From: Minisyncoccota bacterium
GTDB lineage: Bacteria > Patescibacteriota > Minisyncoccia > Phycocordibacterales > UBA9973
Length of the DNA: 59,506 nt
Reading direction: 5' to 3'
Assembly: GCA_041664745.1 (NCBI GenBank)
Contig: JBAYKD010000004.1
Span: 1 to 59,506, forward strand
Part shown: positions 36,286-46,700 of the stretch, one piece after another
How positions within the stretch are numbered: position 1 is the stretch's first letter
How the letters are laid out: each line of letters opens with the position of its first letter
Made by a program: the position numbers and the translations under genes
Notes under the pieces: generated by a model
What the model was told of the DNA's origin: nothing
Seen by the model: the letters and a program-made list of their open reading frames with translations, nothing else
Databases searched by the model: none

Positions 36286-36655
36286 AGTATAAGACTTAGG
36301 GAATAAGGATATTTTCGAATCTTTTGTTGTGAGTTTTATAAGCCTAGTTTAATAACTACAACACATTACCCCAAGATTTGGAACTACAGTACGACCGCAA
36401 AAGTGCGAAGCTGTAATCATAAGTAATGGTATCGTAATTGTTACGATCATCTCAGAAAGCCTCCAAAATAAAGCTTTTCTCGGTATTTCAGCATAGGGAA
36501 CCCCTATCTAGAGGCCCTATATATAAGGGTATCGCATATGGGGCCCATAGTCAACTGAGTTATGCACAGGTATAAAAAAGGTTTTAATACATCTTGGTTC
36601 GTATTATTTTGGGCTTTTTTGACAAAGAAAAAATATATGATTATAATTAAGAGAT

Positions 36656-39463
36656 ATGAAAGAAACTAAAAACACTCCGGGCGGAATTAATAAAAAAACT
36701 GCACGTGTTTTGAATAGTCCAAATACTGGCAAGGATAAGGCTGACAAAGAAAAGTCTAAAAAAGATCAAGGAACTAAAAAGGAGGTTGTGGTTATTAAAA
36801 AGGATGTGGAAATAAATACAGATACTGTAAAAATAGACGAGAATATAGATAAGAGTATTTCAAAAACTGAGACTTATGATATAGAAAAAACTAAAGCTCG
36901 CCAAAAAATAGTAAAAAGAAGGCAAGCAGAAATTGCCCCATTACTTGGAGATCCAAAAAATAAAGATTTAACACAAGAATATGATGAACTTATAAAAGAA
37001 TCTCTTTCTATTGAAAAAAGATTAAATGAAGTGGTAATAGAAGAACCAGAATTAGAACAAATAACAGAGGAAGGTGATCTGACTGATAAAGAAGCAGCAG
37101 CAGAAACTATTGTCGATGGAAAAACTCAAGAAAAAGAAAAAATAGTTGTTATAAAAGAAATAAAAAATGGAGAAGAAGTAAAAGAAAATGTTGAAAATAA
37201 AAAAATAGAATTAGAGCTTGATAAAAATCTTGAAATAGCAAGGAATAAATATATTGAGGAATATAAAAAATGCAAAAAAGAGTCAGATAAAGAGAGTCTG
37301 ATAACAAAAACAAAAAACAAAATTCTAAATATTTTTAGAAGTAAAGAAAATAAAATAAATACTAAGGTAGAAGATTTCTTTACAAAAGAATTGGAAGAAA
37401 GTAAAAAAGCATATGACAAGGCTCGTATAGAAAAAGGGAATTATATGTATGCGGAAAAGAAAGTCGAGTTAGAAAAAGCTGGCCTTGAAGGAGAAGATTT
37501 AAAAAATGCACTGATAAATTATAAAGCGACAGAAATTCTTGCTAAAACAATTATAGAAGAAAGACAGAAGTTGATAGACATGAAGGCTGACGGCTCTCCT
37601 ATTAAACCTGCTCTCTGGAAAAGATTAATAGATGGATACATGAGCATTAAGCCAAGGTGGAAACGCGTAGCACTAAGTACTATGATCTTCTTACCATTGG
37701 CTGGATTTGGGGCAGTCGGAGCTGCGGCTTTTAGCTCTGGAATAGCTGCTACGGCAGGCTTGGCCGCAGTAAAATTTGGAACAAGTATGGCAATTGGTGC
37801 CGGTGTTGGACAATTAGCAAAAGGAATCGACTGGGTAAAGAAAGGTTCAGATATAAAATTTAGAGAAAAACAAATTGAAGATAAACAAAAACTTAAAGAA
37901 AAATTCTCTGAAGGAAAAATAGATTTGAAGCAATATGAAAAACAATTGGCTCTTTATGAAGAAGAAGAGAGAAGACGTAATCGTAACAGAACGATAACAA
38001 AGGGAGTTGTCGGGGGAGCACTTGCTATAGCCGCGGGCTTCGCTGCTTACAACGCCATGGGCCATGGAGTTGAACATCTAAAAGGAATACATAATAGTGT
38101 GGATGCAGTAACTGGACCTGATGTAAGTAATCATCTTAATACTCCTAATATAATAGAACATGCAAATGTTGAAGCTACCGCAGACCATGGACAGGGAGCC
38201 ATTTCGACACTTCGTGAACTTCAACACAATCTAAAAATTGAATACGGGAATGATTTGAATAATGCTCCAGTTAGTGTAAAGCATATTCTAAATACTGATG
38301 CACACAAGCTCGCCCAAGAATATGGCATGTATAAGCCAGGACAAGATGCTGAAAGTGCCTTTATAAAATCAGGATCATCTTTCCGTGTAGATTCACATGG
38401 AAACTTAACATACCATGCAGTAGGAGTAAAAAATGATTTAATCCTCGAACGTGGAACAGATGTAAAGGCAAGTTCTTTATATGAAGGTAAAATGTCTGAT
38501 ACAGACCATTCGGGAGTAAAAGAAAGCTTTAAGGTACCAGATCAAGTAGATATGGAGACAGGTAGACCAATAATCACACACCCAGAGCCAGATACTATAA
38601 AAATAGACGGTGATCAATTAAAGGCACCAGAACAAGTAGATATGGATACAGGAAAACCAATAGTGTCTAATAATGCAGATTTGAATAATTCAAAACTAGA
38701 TTTAATACCTAAGGGAAATTCAGTAAAATTTGAAAATTTTAATTTTGGAAATGGAGATCACATACTTTCATTAAATGAAAATGGATCTTCACTTCGAATG
38801 CAATTCATTTATGACAATCATGGTAAAATTATAGGTGTTGATGCAGCGGGGAATACTTATAATACTGGACCAAATCCATATACACTTGAAGGAGAATTAG
38901 AAAAACTTGATAGATATAAAAGATTGGATGCGGATGTAGATATAATGAAAATGACATCCAATGCTCGTTTCTTAGACAAGTTACCTCATAATACTCATGA
39001 GTATAGATTTCTATCCGAAAAAGTTGCAGGTATGCAAAAAGAAATTATTGATAATTATGGCAACGTAATCAACCCAGATAAATTAATAAATAGTCCTTCT
39101 ATAAATACCCCAACAGAAAATTTAAATGTGGGTGATAATTTAACCCCAGAAGTATTGGAAAAAGTTCATACAACTTTAAATGAAAATGTAAAACATCTTT
39201 TCCCTAATGAAAAATCAATGGAGTTATGGAATAATGCAAAAGATAATGTTTCAGCAGAAAGATTTATGGAATTAAATAAAGGAGGAGAAGTATTAGATTC
39301 TTACAAACCATTATTTTCTTATATGGATAAATTAGAAAAGATTTCAGGTACTACACCAATGGGTGAAACCTTACTTCATAAAGCAGAATCAATGTCAGAC
39401 TACATACTCCGTGCAACAAAAATAATTGCTGAGAAAGGAGAATTAGATAAAATTAAATTATAA
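36656..39463 (+). CDS. large membrane protein: K/E-rich coiled-coil N-terminus, Gly/Ala-rich TM helices, C-terminal domain
   Basis: TM segments VALSTMIFLPLAGFGAVGAAAF..., GLAAVKFGTSMAIGAGVG and VVGGALAIAAGFAAYNAMG. Internal duplicate VPDQVDMETGRPI / APEQVDMDTGKPI. Confidence 0.5.
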   Translation: MKETKNTPGGINKKTARVLNSPNTGKDKADKEKSKKDQGTKKEVVVIKKDVEINTDTVKIDENIDKSISKTETYDIEKTKARQKIVKRRQAEIAPLLGDPKNKDLTQEYDELIKESLSIEKRLNEVVIEEPELEQITEEGDLTDKEAAAETIVDGKTQEKEKIVVIKEIKNGEEVKENVENKKIELELDKNLEIARNKYIEEYKKCKKESDKESLITKTKNKILNIFRSKENKINTKVEDFFTKELEESKKAYDKARIEKGNYMYAEKKVELEKAGLEGEDLKNALINYKATEILAKTIIEERQKLIDMKADGSPIKPALWKRLIDGYMSIKPRWKRVALSTMIFLPLAGFGAVGAAAFSSGIAATAGLAAVKFGTSMAIGAGVGQLAKGIDWVKKGSDIKFREKQIEDKQKLKEKFSEGKIDLKQYEKQLALYEEEERRRNRNRTITKGVVGGALAIAAGFAAYNAMGHGVEHLKGIHNSVDAVTGPDVSNHLNTPNIIEHANVEATADHGQGAISTLRELQHNLKIEYGNDLNNAPVSVKHILNTDAHKLAQEYGMYKPGQDAESAFIKSGSSFRVDSHGNLTYHAVGVKNDLILERGTDVKASSLYEGKMSDTDHSGVKESFKVPDQVDMETGRPIITHPEPDTIKIDGDQLKAPEQVDMDTGKPIVSNNADLNNSKLDLIPKGNSVKFENFNFGNGDHILSLNENGSSLRMQFIYDNHGKIIGVDAAGNTYNTGPNPYTLEGELEKLDRYKRLDADVDIMKMTSNARFLDKLPHNTHEYRFLSEKVAGMQKEIIDNYGNVINPDKLINSPSINTPTENLNVGDNLTPEVLEKVHTTLNENVKHLFPNEKSMELWNNAKDNVSAERFMELNKGGEVLDSYKPLFSYMDKLEKISGTTPMGETLLHKAESMSDYILRATKIIAEKGELDKIKL

Positions 39464-39486
39464 TTATCAATTAATAAAAAAAATAT

Positions 39487-39795
39487 ATGTTTAATGATAT
39501 AAATAAAAATATAGTGCTAACCTTAGGTATTAATACTTTACCAGTTGAAAAACAAAAAGAGGCAATGGAGCGCCTTGGCGCTATTGTTTACCAAGAAGTT
39601 ATGCTACGTGTTTTAGACATTCTCACAGAAGAAGACAAGGATGCTTTTGAGAAATTAATAGAAAAAAATCCAGACCCAGAATTATTATTTGGCTTTTTGT
39701 CAGATAAGGTTTCAAATTTAGATGAAATAGTAAAAGAAGAAGCAGAAAAACTAAGAGAGGAAAGTAAAGAAATAATGGATGAAATAGGCAAATAA
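39487..39795 (+). CDS. small helical hypothetical protein
   Basis: Intact ORF 23 nt after the upstream gene. Confidence 0.4.
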   Translation: MFNDINKNIVLTLGINTLPVEKQKEAMERLGAIVYQEVMLRVLDILTEEDKDAFEKLIEKNPDPELLFGFLSDKVSNLDEIVKEEAEKLREESKEIMDEIGK

Positions 39796-39813
39796 AATGC
39801 TACAATAGTAGCC

Positions 39814-41745
39814 ATGCAATACCTTGATGAACTAAATGATAAACAAAAAGAGGCAGTCCTTTATACAGAGGGGCCTCTTTTGATAGTAGCTGGGGCAGGT
39901 GCTGGGAAGACCAAGACTATAACCCATAGAATAATACACTTAATACATAACGGCATAAACCCAAGTTCAATACTAGCTGTAACTTTTACAAATAAGGCAG
40001 CTAAGGAAATGAGGGATAGAGTTTTAAGCCTACTTGAAAAAAGGGTACATGGTGTAAGTAGCCCTATAACCCACGGAAGTGTGCCATTTGTATCTACTTT
40101 TCACTCGCTTGGTGTACATATTATTAAAGAAAACGCCCATTTAATAGGCCTTACTAAACATTTCTCTATAATAGATGAGAGCGACGCGATATCAATAATA
40201 AAAGATGTCATGCGTGAACACGACATAGACGGAAAACTGCATGAACCTCGTAAAATAAAAAGTATAATTTCTAAATCAAAAGGGGACTTTATAACACTCG
40301 CAAACTATAAAGGTGAGGTTAAAAGCAGCCAACAAAGCATCGTTGCCCTCATCTGGGGAGGATACGAAACAAGACTCAAAAACGAAAAAGGTCTCGACTT
40401 CGATGATCTACTTTTAGAATCTGTACAAATATTAAGAAAGTTTCCAGAAATAAAAAATAAATATCAAGAAAAATGGAAGTATGTACATATAGATGAATAT
40501 CAAGATACAAACGAAGTCCAATATGAAATGACAAAACTTCTAGTGGGGAAGGAGGAAAATATTTGCGTGGTTGGAGATACTGATCAAAATATTTATAGTT
40601 GGCGAGGAGCAAATATTAAAAATATGCTTCACTTCGAAAAAGATTATCCGAATGCAAAGATCGTAATGCTTGAACAAAACTATCGCTCAACTGGAAAAAT
40701 AATAGAAGCTGCAAATAGTGTAATAGAGAAGAATCAGTATCGAGTTCCTAAAACTCTATTTACAAAAAATGTAGATGGTGAACAAATAGTTGTTTGTGAA
40801 GCTTATGATGAAGTTTCAGAGGCTAATTTTGTGGCAATAGAAATCGATGAACTTCTAAAAGAAAATAAACCCGAAGACATTGCGATTCTTTATCGTGCAA
40901 ACTTTCAATCCAGAGTCCTTGAAGAAGCCATGCTCGCCAAGCAAATACCTTACCAAGTTCTCGGTGTAAAATTCTTCGAGAGAAAAGAAATAAAAGATAT
41001 CATTTCTTACATCAAAGCAAGTTTAAACAAAGAAAGTCTGACTGACATTAAAAGAATTATAAATACACCTACACGCGGAGTAGGGAAGGTCACACTTACA
41101 AAGCTTTTCGCCGGAATGTTTACAGATTTACCAGCAAGTATGCAATCAAAAATAAATAAATTTTATTTATTACTTGAAGAAATACATATATACATCGACT
41201 CTCATAAACCATCAGAAGTAATAAAATTTATTATTGAAAAGAGTGGATTAGAAAACGAACTGTCACATGGGACAAATGAAGAACTGGAGAGATTAGAAAA
41301 TATGAAAGAGCTTGTAACTCTGGCTATAAAATATGATAAAGAAGAAGATGGAATAGAAAAATTATTAGAAGATGCGTCTCTATCAAGCGACCAAGATAGC
41401 CTTATAAATAAAGCAAAAACTGGCGGAGTTAGACTGATGACTGTGCATGCTTCTAAGGGCCTAGAATTCAAATATGTATTTGTCACAGGACTTGAGCAAG
41501 ACCTATTTCCACACGCAAGAACAGGTGGTGGAAACAAAGAAGACAAGGAGGAAGAGCGAAGACTTTTCTATGTGGCATTAACACGTGCAGAGAAAAAACT
41601 TTTCCTAACTTACGCATCTTTGCGAACAATTTTCGGAATGAAACAAGTAAACACTCCGAGTGAATTCATTTACGATATACCACAACACCTGACAGAATTC
41701 ACACAGAGTAATTCTATTAGTGGAGAAAAAATAGTCTATATCTAA
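39814..41745 (+). CDS. pcrA: UvrD/PcrA/Rep family ATP-dependent DNA helicase
   Basis: Walker A AGAGAGKTKT, motif II DEYQDTN, YRS, VHASKGLEF. Confidence 0.9.
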   Translation: MQYLDELNDKQKEAVLYTEGPLLIVAGAGAGKTKTITHRIIHLIHNGINPSSILAVTFTNKAAKEMRDRVLSLLEKRVHGVSSPITHGSVPFVSTFHSLGVHIIKENAHLIGLTKHFSIIDESDAISIIKDVMREHDIDGKLHEPRKIKSIISKSKGDFITLANYKGEVKSSQQSIVALIWGGYETRLKNEKGLDFDDLLLESVQILRKFPEIKNKYQEKWKYVHIDEYQDTNEVQYEMTKLLVGKEENICVVGDTDQNIYSWRGANIKNMLHFEKDYPNAKIVMLEQNYRSTGKIIEAANSVIEKNQYRVPKTLFTKNVDGEQIVVCEAYDEVSEANFVAIEIDELLKENKPEDIAILYRANFQSRVLEEAMLAKQIPYQVLGVKFFERKEIKDIISYIKASLNKESLTDIKRIINTPTRGVGKVTLTKLFAGMFTDLPASMQSKINKFYLLLEEIHIYIDSHKPSEVIKFIIEKSGLENELSHGTNEELERLENMKELVTLAIKYDKEEDGIEKLLEDASLSSDQDSLINKAKTGGVRLMTVHASKGLEFKYVFVTGLEQDLFPHARTGGGNKEDKEEERRLFYVALTRAEKKLFLTYASLRTIFGMKQVNTPSEFIYDIPQHLTEFTQSNSISGEKIVYI

Positions 41746-41867
41746 AAACACTCCATAAAAATATTCTCGGACTCACCACACAATAATTTTCTGCTGAAAA
41801 TTTTGCTCGTGCTCGGCCCGTCGGCCTGCGCAAGGGTTCGCTCGAGAACATTTTTATTCTGTGTTTT
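41746..41867 (+). repeat. intergenic repeat family A, copy 3
   Basis: See copies 1 and 2. Internal hairpins are AATTTTC-TGCT-GAAAATT (41785-41802) and GGCC-CGTC-GGCC (41815-41826). Confidence 0.85.
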
Positions 41868-41879
41868 TTATGTAATAAT

Positions 41880-42713
41880 ATGTCTATGGTTCATAAAGCA
41901 AAAAAATCAATGGGGCAAAACTTTCTAAAGTCTAAAGAAGCACTATTTAAAATGTGCGAGGCAGGTGGTGTGGAGGGTAGTGATATCGTAGTAGAGATCG
42001 GACCGGGGAAAGGAGCTCTGACAGAAAAACTTTTAGAAAGAGCAAAAAAAGTTTTTGCTCTTGAGATGGATCGTGACCTTGTGACAATTCTCGAGGAAAG
42101 ATTTAAAGAAGAAATTAAAAATAAGAAATTAGAAATAATAGAAGGGGATTGTTTAGATTTTAATCCTGACACTTTTTTCAAAAATACTCAATATAAAATA
42201 ATTGCCAACATCCCATACAACATCACTGGCTCAATAATCAGAAAATTTTTAAGTGATGTAAAAAACAAACCAACTCTTATGGCCCTCTTGGTACAAAAAG
42301 AGGTTGCGGAAAGAATCGTTGCTCGAGACGGGAAGGAAAGCATTCTCTCTTTAAGTGTGAAGGCTTATGCTACACCTAAATACATAATGAAGGTTCACAA
42401 AAGATTTTTCTCACCTGAACCAAAAGTAGATTCAGCAATTATTTCTATCAACGATATCTCTAATAAATTTTTTAAAGAAAAAAGTGGGGAAGAATTATTT
42501 TTTCGATTAATAAAGACTGGTTTTGCGCATAAAAGAAAAGTTCTTCGTAAAAATCTAGAAGATTTACAACATATGGAAGTCCGACTTCCTAATATTAAGG
42601 AAGTCGGACTTCCTAAGATAGATGAAATATTTGAAAAACTTGAGATAAATCCTAAGGCCAGAGCTGAGGACATCAAATTTGAAAAATGGATTCAAATATC
42701 TCGTCTTTTATAG
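41880..42713 (+). CDS. rsmA: 16S rRNA (adenine1518/1519-N6)-dimethyltransferase
   Basis: KKSMGQNFL, SAM motif VVEIGPGKGALTE, and NIPYNIT. Confidence 0.9.
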   Translation: MSMVHKAKKSMGQNFLKSKEALFKMCEAGGVEGSDIVVEIGPGKGALTEKLLERAKKVFALEMDRDLVTILEERFKEEIKNKKLEIIEGDCLDFNPDTFFKNTQYKIIANIPYNITGSIIRKFLSDVKNKPTLMALLVQKEVAERIVARDGKESILSLSVKAYATPKYIMKVHKRFFSPEPKVDSAIISINDISNKFFKEKSGEELFFRLIKTGFAHKRKVLRKNLEDLQHMEVRLPNIKEVGLPKIDEIFEKLEINPKARAEDIKFEKWIQISRLL

Positions 42714-42805
42714 TTAAAAGATTAGGATATTTTAATAATAAGTTGTATTATTAATGTAATATTTCTATGTTATAGAGTATTTTTAGTTTATTAGTTACTA
42801 TTCTT

Positions 42806-43690
42806 ATGACTGATTATAAAAATTATCTCCCAAGTAAAAAATTTCAGGCAATTGTTTTAATTATCGTTGTATTTATTGCATTATTTTTCACAGTAAAAGG
42901 AATTGTTTCTTTAATTAAAAGCAAAAAATTAACGAGTAAGGAGCCTGCGAAAATAACAGTTGGTGAAGTGATACAAAAAGACAGCAATAGCAATGGTATT
43001 CCTGACTGGGAAGAATATCTATGGGGGCTTGATCCAAACAAAGATGGAGTAGCAAATAAAGAATTCATCATTTCAAAGAAAAATACCTTGGCTCAAAGTG
43101 GGGAAATGACACCAACCGATGATTCTAAAACAATCGCAGAAAACGATATACTTTCTAGGCAATTCTTTGCCACCATCATGTCCTTACAGCAAACGGGTGA
43201 GTTGAGCACAGATTCAATGCAATCTATATCTGACGCTGTTGGACAAAAAATAGAAGCAACACCAATAGCTAATATATACAGTAAAAGTATGCTTAAAATA
43301 GTAGCCGATTCTGCTACTGCCAATGAAAATTATCATGCAGCTTTTAGTTCTCTTGTAACACAATACGAAAATGCCGATATTGGTGGCGAATTAACCCTTA
43401 TTTCTCAAGGTATAGGGAATAATGACCCCCAAGCTCTAGCAGCTGCACAATCCGTCGCTTCTGCTTATAGATCATTCGCCAGCGACCTAATTAAGATACC
43501 GGTTCCAGATTCTGCTTTTAATGCTCATTTAAACCTAGCTAATGATTACGAAAAGACTGCTCAATCAATAGAAGGCCTCACAAAAACACTCACAGATCCA
43601 ATAATAGGGATGAAGGCAATTCTAAATTATAAACAATATAGTGACGCAATTGTTTCTGACCTAAATAGGCTCGCAACAGTTTTACAATAA
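42806..43690 (+). CDS. membrane-anchored hypothetical protein, first gene of the T4SS-like co-directional block
   Basis: N-terminal TM FQAIVLIIVVFIALFFTV. A DSNSNGIPDWEEYLWGLDPNKDG acidic Ca-binding-like motif. Confidence 0.5.
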   Translation: MTDYKNYLPSKKFQAIVLIIVVFIALFFTVKGIVSLIKSKKLTSKEPAKITVGEVIQKDSNSNGIPDWEEYLWGLDPNKDGVANKEFIISKKNTLAQSGEMTPTDDSKTIAENDILSRQFFATIMSLQQTGELSTDSMQSISDAVGQKIEATPIANIYSKSMLKIVADSATANENYHAAFSSLVTQYENADIGGELTLISQGIGNNDPQALAAAQSVASAYRSFASDLIKIPVPDSAFNAHLNLANDYEKTAQSIEGLTKTLTDPIIGMKAILNYKQYSDAIVSDLNRLATVLQ

Positions 43691-43723
43691 ACACTAAAAA
43701 GTGGTATACTAAATATAATTATT

Positions 43724-46700
43724 ATGAAAAAAAGAATTGCGATAAAAATAATTGGAGGTGCGATTATATTTAGTTTTGCAATGTTTTTTCTGGGCAGTTT
43801 TTTGCCGTTAAAAGCTTCCGCTGCTACTACTAATAAAGGACTCAATTGGGAAAATCCAAATAAAAATGGTAATAACCCATATAAATTTAAACCTGCGGAT
43901 GTTTTGAATTCACAGCTTATCATGCAAGTTGTAGGATGTACTGGCGTAGTAGATAAAGTTTCAGCGGCTGTGGTAGGTTTCGTCCAAGGCAAAGCAGGGA
44001 AGGTAGCAGCAGCAGCGTTAAAACAAAAAACAATGGACCAAATAACTGCAGCTGCTGTTAAGGCCTGCCAGTCTGGGAAAAAAATTACGATGGGAGGTGT
44101 AGCAGGAATACCAAATTTATCATTAACAGACGTGGTAAATTTAACCGACTGTAAACCAATACAAAAAACAGCCGACGGGCAAACTGTTGCAGCAATCGTA
44201 GCTCTTAAACAAGATGAAGCTGCTGCAAAAACTCGAGATGAGTGTTTCAATGGTATAGCTATAACCCTAGCTAGAAATCAGCTCACTGCTATGACTCGAT
44301 ATACTATGAATTGGGTAAATTCTGGATTTAGTGGCAACCCTATGTATGTGCAAGATATAACCAGACTTACCAATAAAATAAGTCAGGATGCTCTTAATGC
44401 TGGTGTACTAGAATTAACTAAAACTGATAAAGCTTATCCATATGGAGCTAGCTTTTCAACAGCTATCATAAATAATTATAAATCGGAAGGAGCCTTAAAA
44501 AATGGTGCAAATAACTTCCTTGCAAATATGACTTCCACCTTGAACAATTTCGTCACCGATCCTCAATCTTATAAATTCACATCAACTATTAAAGACAAAA
44601 GAACGGCCGCACAAAAAGCAAAAGATTTGAATAAAAGTTTCGCAAATGATTTCTCTTTAGGAGGATGGAGTGGTTACCTTGGACTTACTATGAATGAAGC
44701 GAATAATCCGCTTGGATTTTCTATGGCTGTTAGTCAATATCTAACAGATCAAGCAGAGGAAAAAAAGGCAGCAACTAAGAATGAGGTAGCTCAAAATAAT
44801 GGTTTCTTGAGTCAAAAGAAATGTTCTCTTTATAATGATTTAGACAAGGAATTATTGATTTCAAAATTATCATGGTTACAATCTGAAGCTACAAATGCGT
44901 GCAAGGATGCAGTTGAGGTTGCAGATTGTTTGGATGCAAAAGATTTAGTAAAACAAAAACAATATGAAATTAGTAATTTTCAAAGAACTTGTGTTACTTG
45001 GGATGTGGTGACCCCAGGAAGTCTCATAAAAGACAAGGTGAGTACTTATGTGAATTCGCCAGAGCGTCAACTTGAACTTGCTGATACTATAAATAAATCG
45101 CTCAACTCTTTGTTTACTGCCTTAATCACAAAATTCCAAGATCAAGGACTTTCAGGTCTTTCTTCTGAAAAATATCAATATACGAGTACTAGTATGGGTG
45201 GCGGACCAGGGTCTGATAGTATAGATTTGTTCAGTGATGCAACTGGAGGAAGTGGATATACAAATGGTTCTTTCGATCTAACTCATGATTTGGGGAATAG
45301 ATTTATCCATGGTTACAAGATAGACTCTGTTGGAAATTGGAATGCAAAAATTAATGAGCCACAATTATCTATTGGGGTTGCACCACTTATGGATGATGGC
45401 AAGACTCCATGGGAACCAAATGTATTTTATACTGTAAAAAATGGCGTAGATAGTAATGGTAAGGGTATCGTTGGTCAAACTAAGCTTTTTGAAAATGGAT
45501 ACAATAACTGGGAAAATGGCGATAGAGCATTTTGGGATGGAACAGAGTGGCAAAATTGGAAAAAAACTACGGTTGATAAAAATGGAATAATGTTAAACAC
45601 AAGTCCTATCGCAAAAAGAGGTGTTATTCAAATACAAAAAGATTATGTAGTTGCCGCTAAACAAATACTTGCATCTCTCCCAATAATCATGCCTCAAATA
45701 GGAGAACTTGATTACTGTCTACCGGGACCAAATCCAAATTTTCAAGGAATTTCCGCAGATACAAGCGCTTTGTTTTCTGACTTTAGTGGTTCAGTAACTG
45801 CTGAATTTAAAAAAGGTAGCCTTTTCAAAAGAAAGAGTAATACCTATAGCATAGCAACTTTTGGCGATCCACAATTCGATGATTATTACAATGTATTTAA
45901 ACTTACCGACTATACTTGGTGGCAAAAAGTTACTCAAACTGATTATTGGAATAGACTTCAAGCATATGGAAACGCTGGTACAGTAAAAGGAAGTCAGAAG
46001 AATCTCGATAACTTCCAACAAGGCATAGACGATCTTCTAGAAAAAATAAATACTGATACAAAAATATTCTATGATGTATATGCTCAATATATAGACAAAG
46101 CTTATGGGCCTAATAGTCTAATGCAAACTCAATTCTTCAAAAGAGAAGATACTCCTGACTTAATACCAAATCCGGCATGGCTCCCTATGGCATCTGAAGG
46201 GCTTGATATAACTAAAGACATAGTCGCATACAACGATGACATTATCACCACAGCAAATGATTATAAAGATTCTATTATTAAAGCTGATGCAAATGTGAGT
46301 AAGCTTAGTGAAATTAAAAATAAGGTTAGTGCAATAATAATAGCTGCTCAAAAACGCCGTAATGATAAATTAATTGCGACCTTAAAACAAGAAGCTATTG
46401 ATAGTAAAGGGCCTATTCTTACTGAGGCACAATACAAAGAAAAATATAAGAATTGTTTAGCAGAAGAGCAGATAGTTTATTATGATGATCTCTCAATCAT
46501 GGGAACTCCTAATGATGAGAAAAATAGATGTAGTGACGGTTTAGATAATGACCTCGATGGATTAGTTGATGATTTGGACCCTGATTGTAATGGAAATAAA
46601 GTTATACCTCCTCCTAATTATACTTGTGTCACCGATTTGACTGATTATCCTGCAACTGAAGATGATCCTGGAGGAATATTCATACAAAATGAAGTTGATC

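Noticed and set aside
43627-44250. A 207-aa ORF antisense to the 1028-aa gene. Similar long antisense ORFs lie at 17854-18399 (in rny), 52233-52868 (in the VirB6-like gene), 11147-11575 (in hppA), 6101-6605 (in the Hint protein gene) and 26721-27182 (in the Xer gene).
   Set aside because: Each lies entirely within a longer opposite-strand gene that has clear family motifs or export signals. Their translations are low-complexity (Ser/Pro/Ala/Ile-rich) and motif-free. They are typical shadow ORFs.
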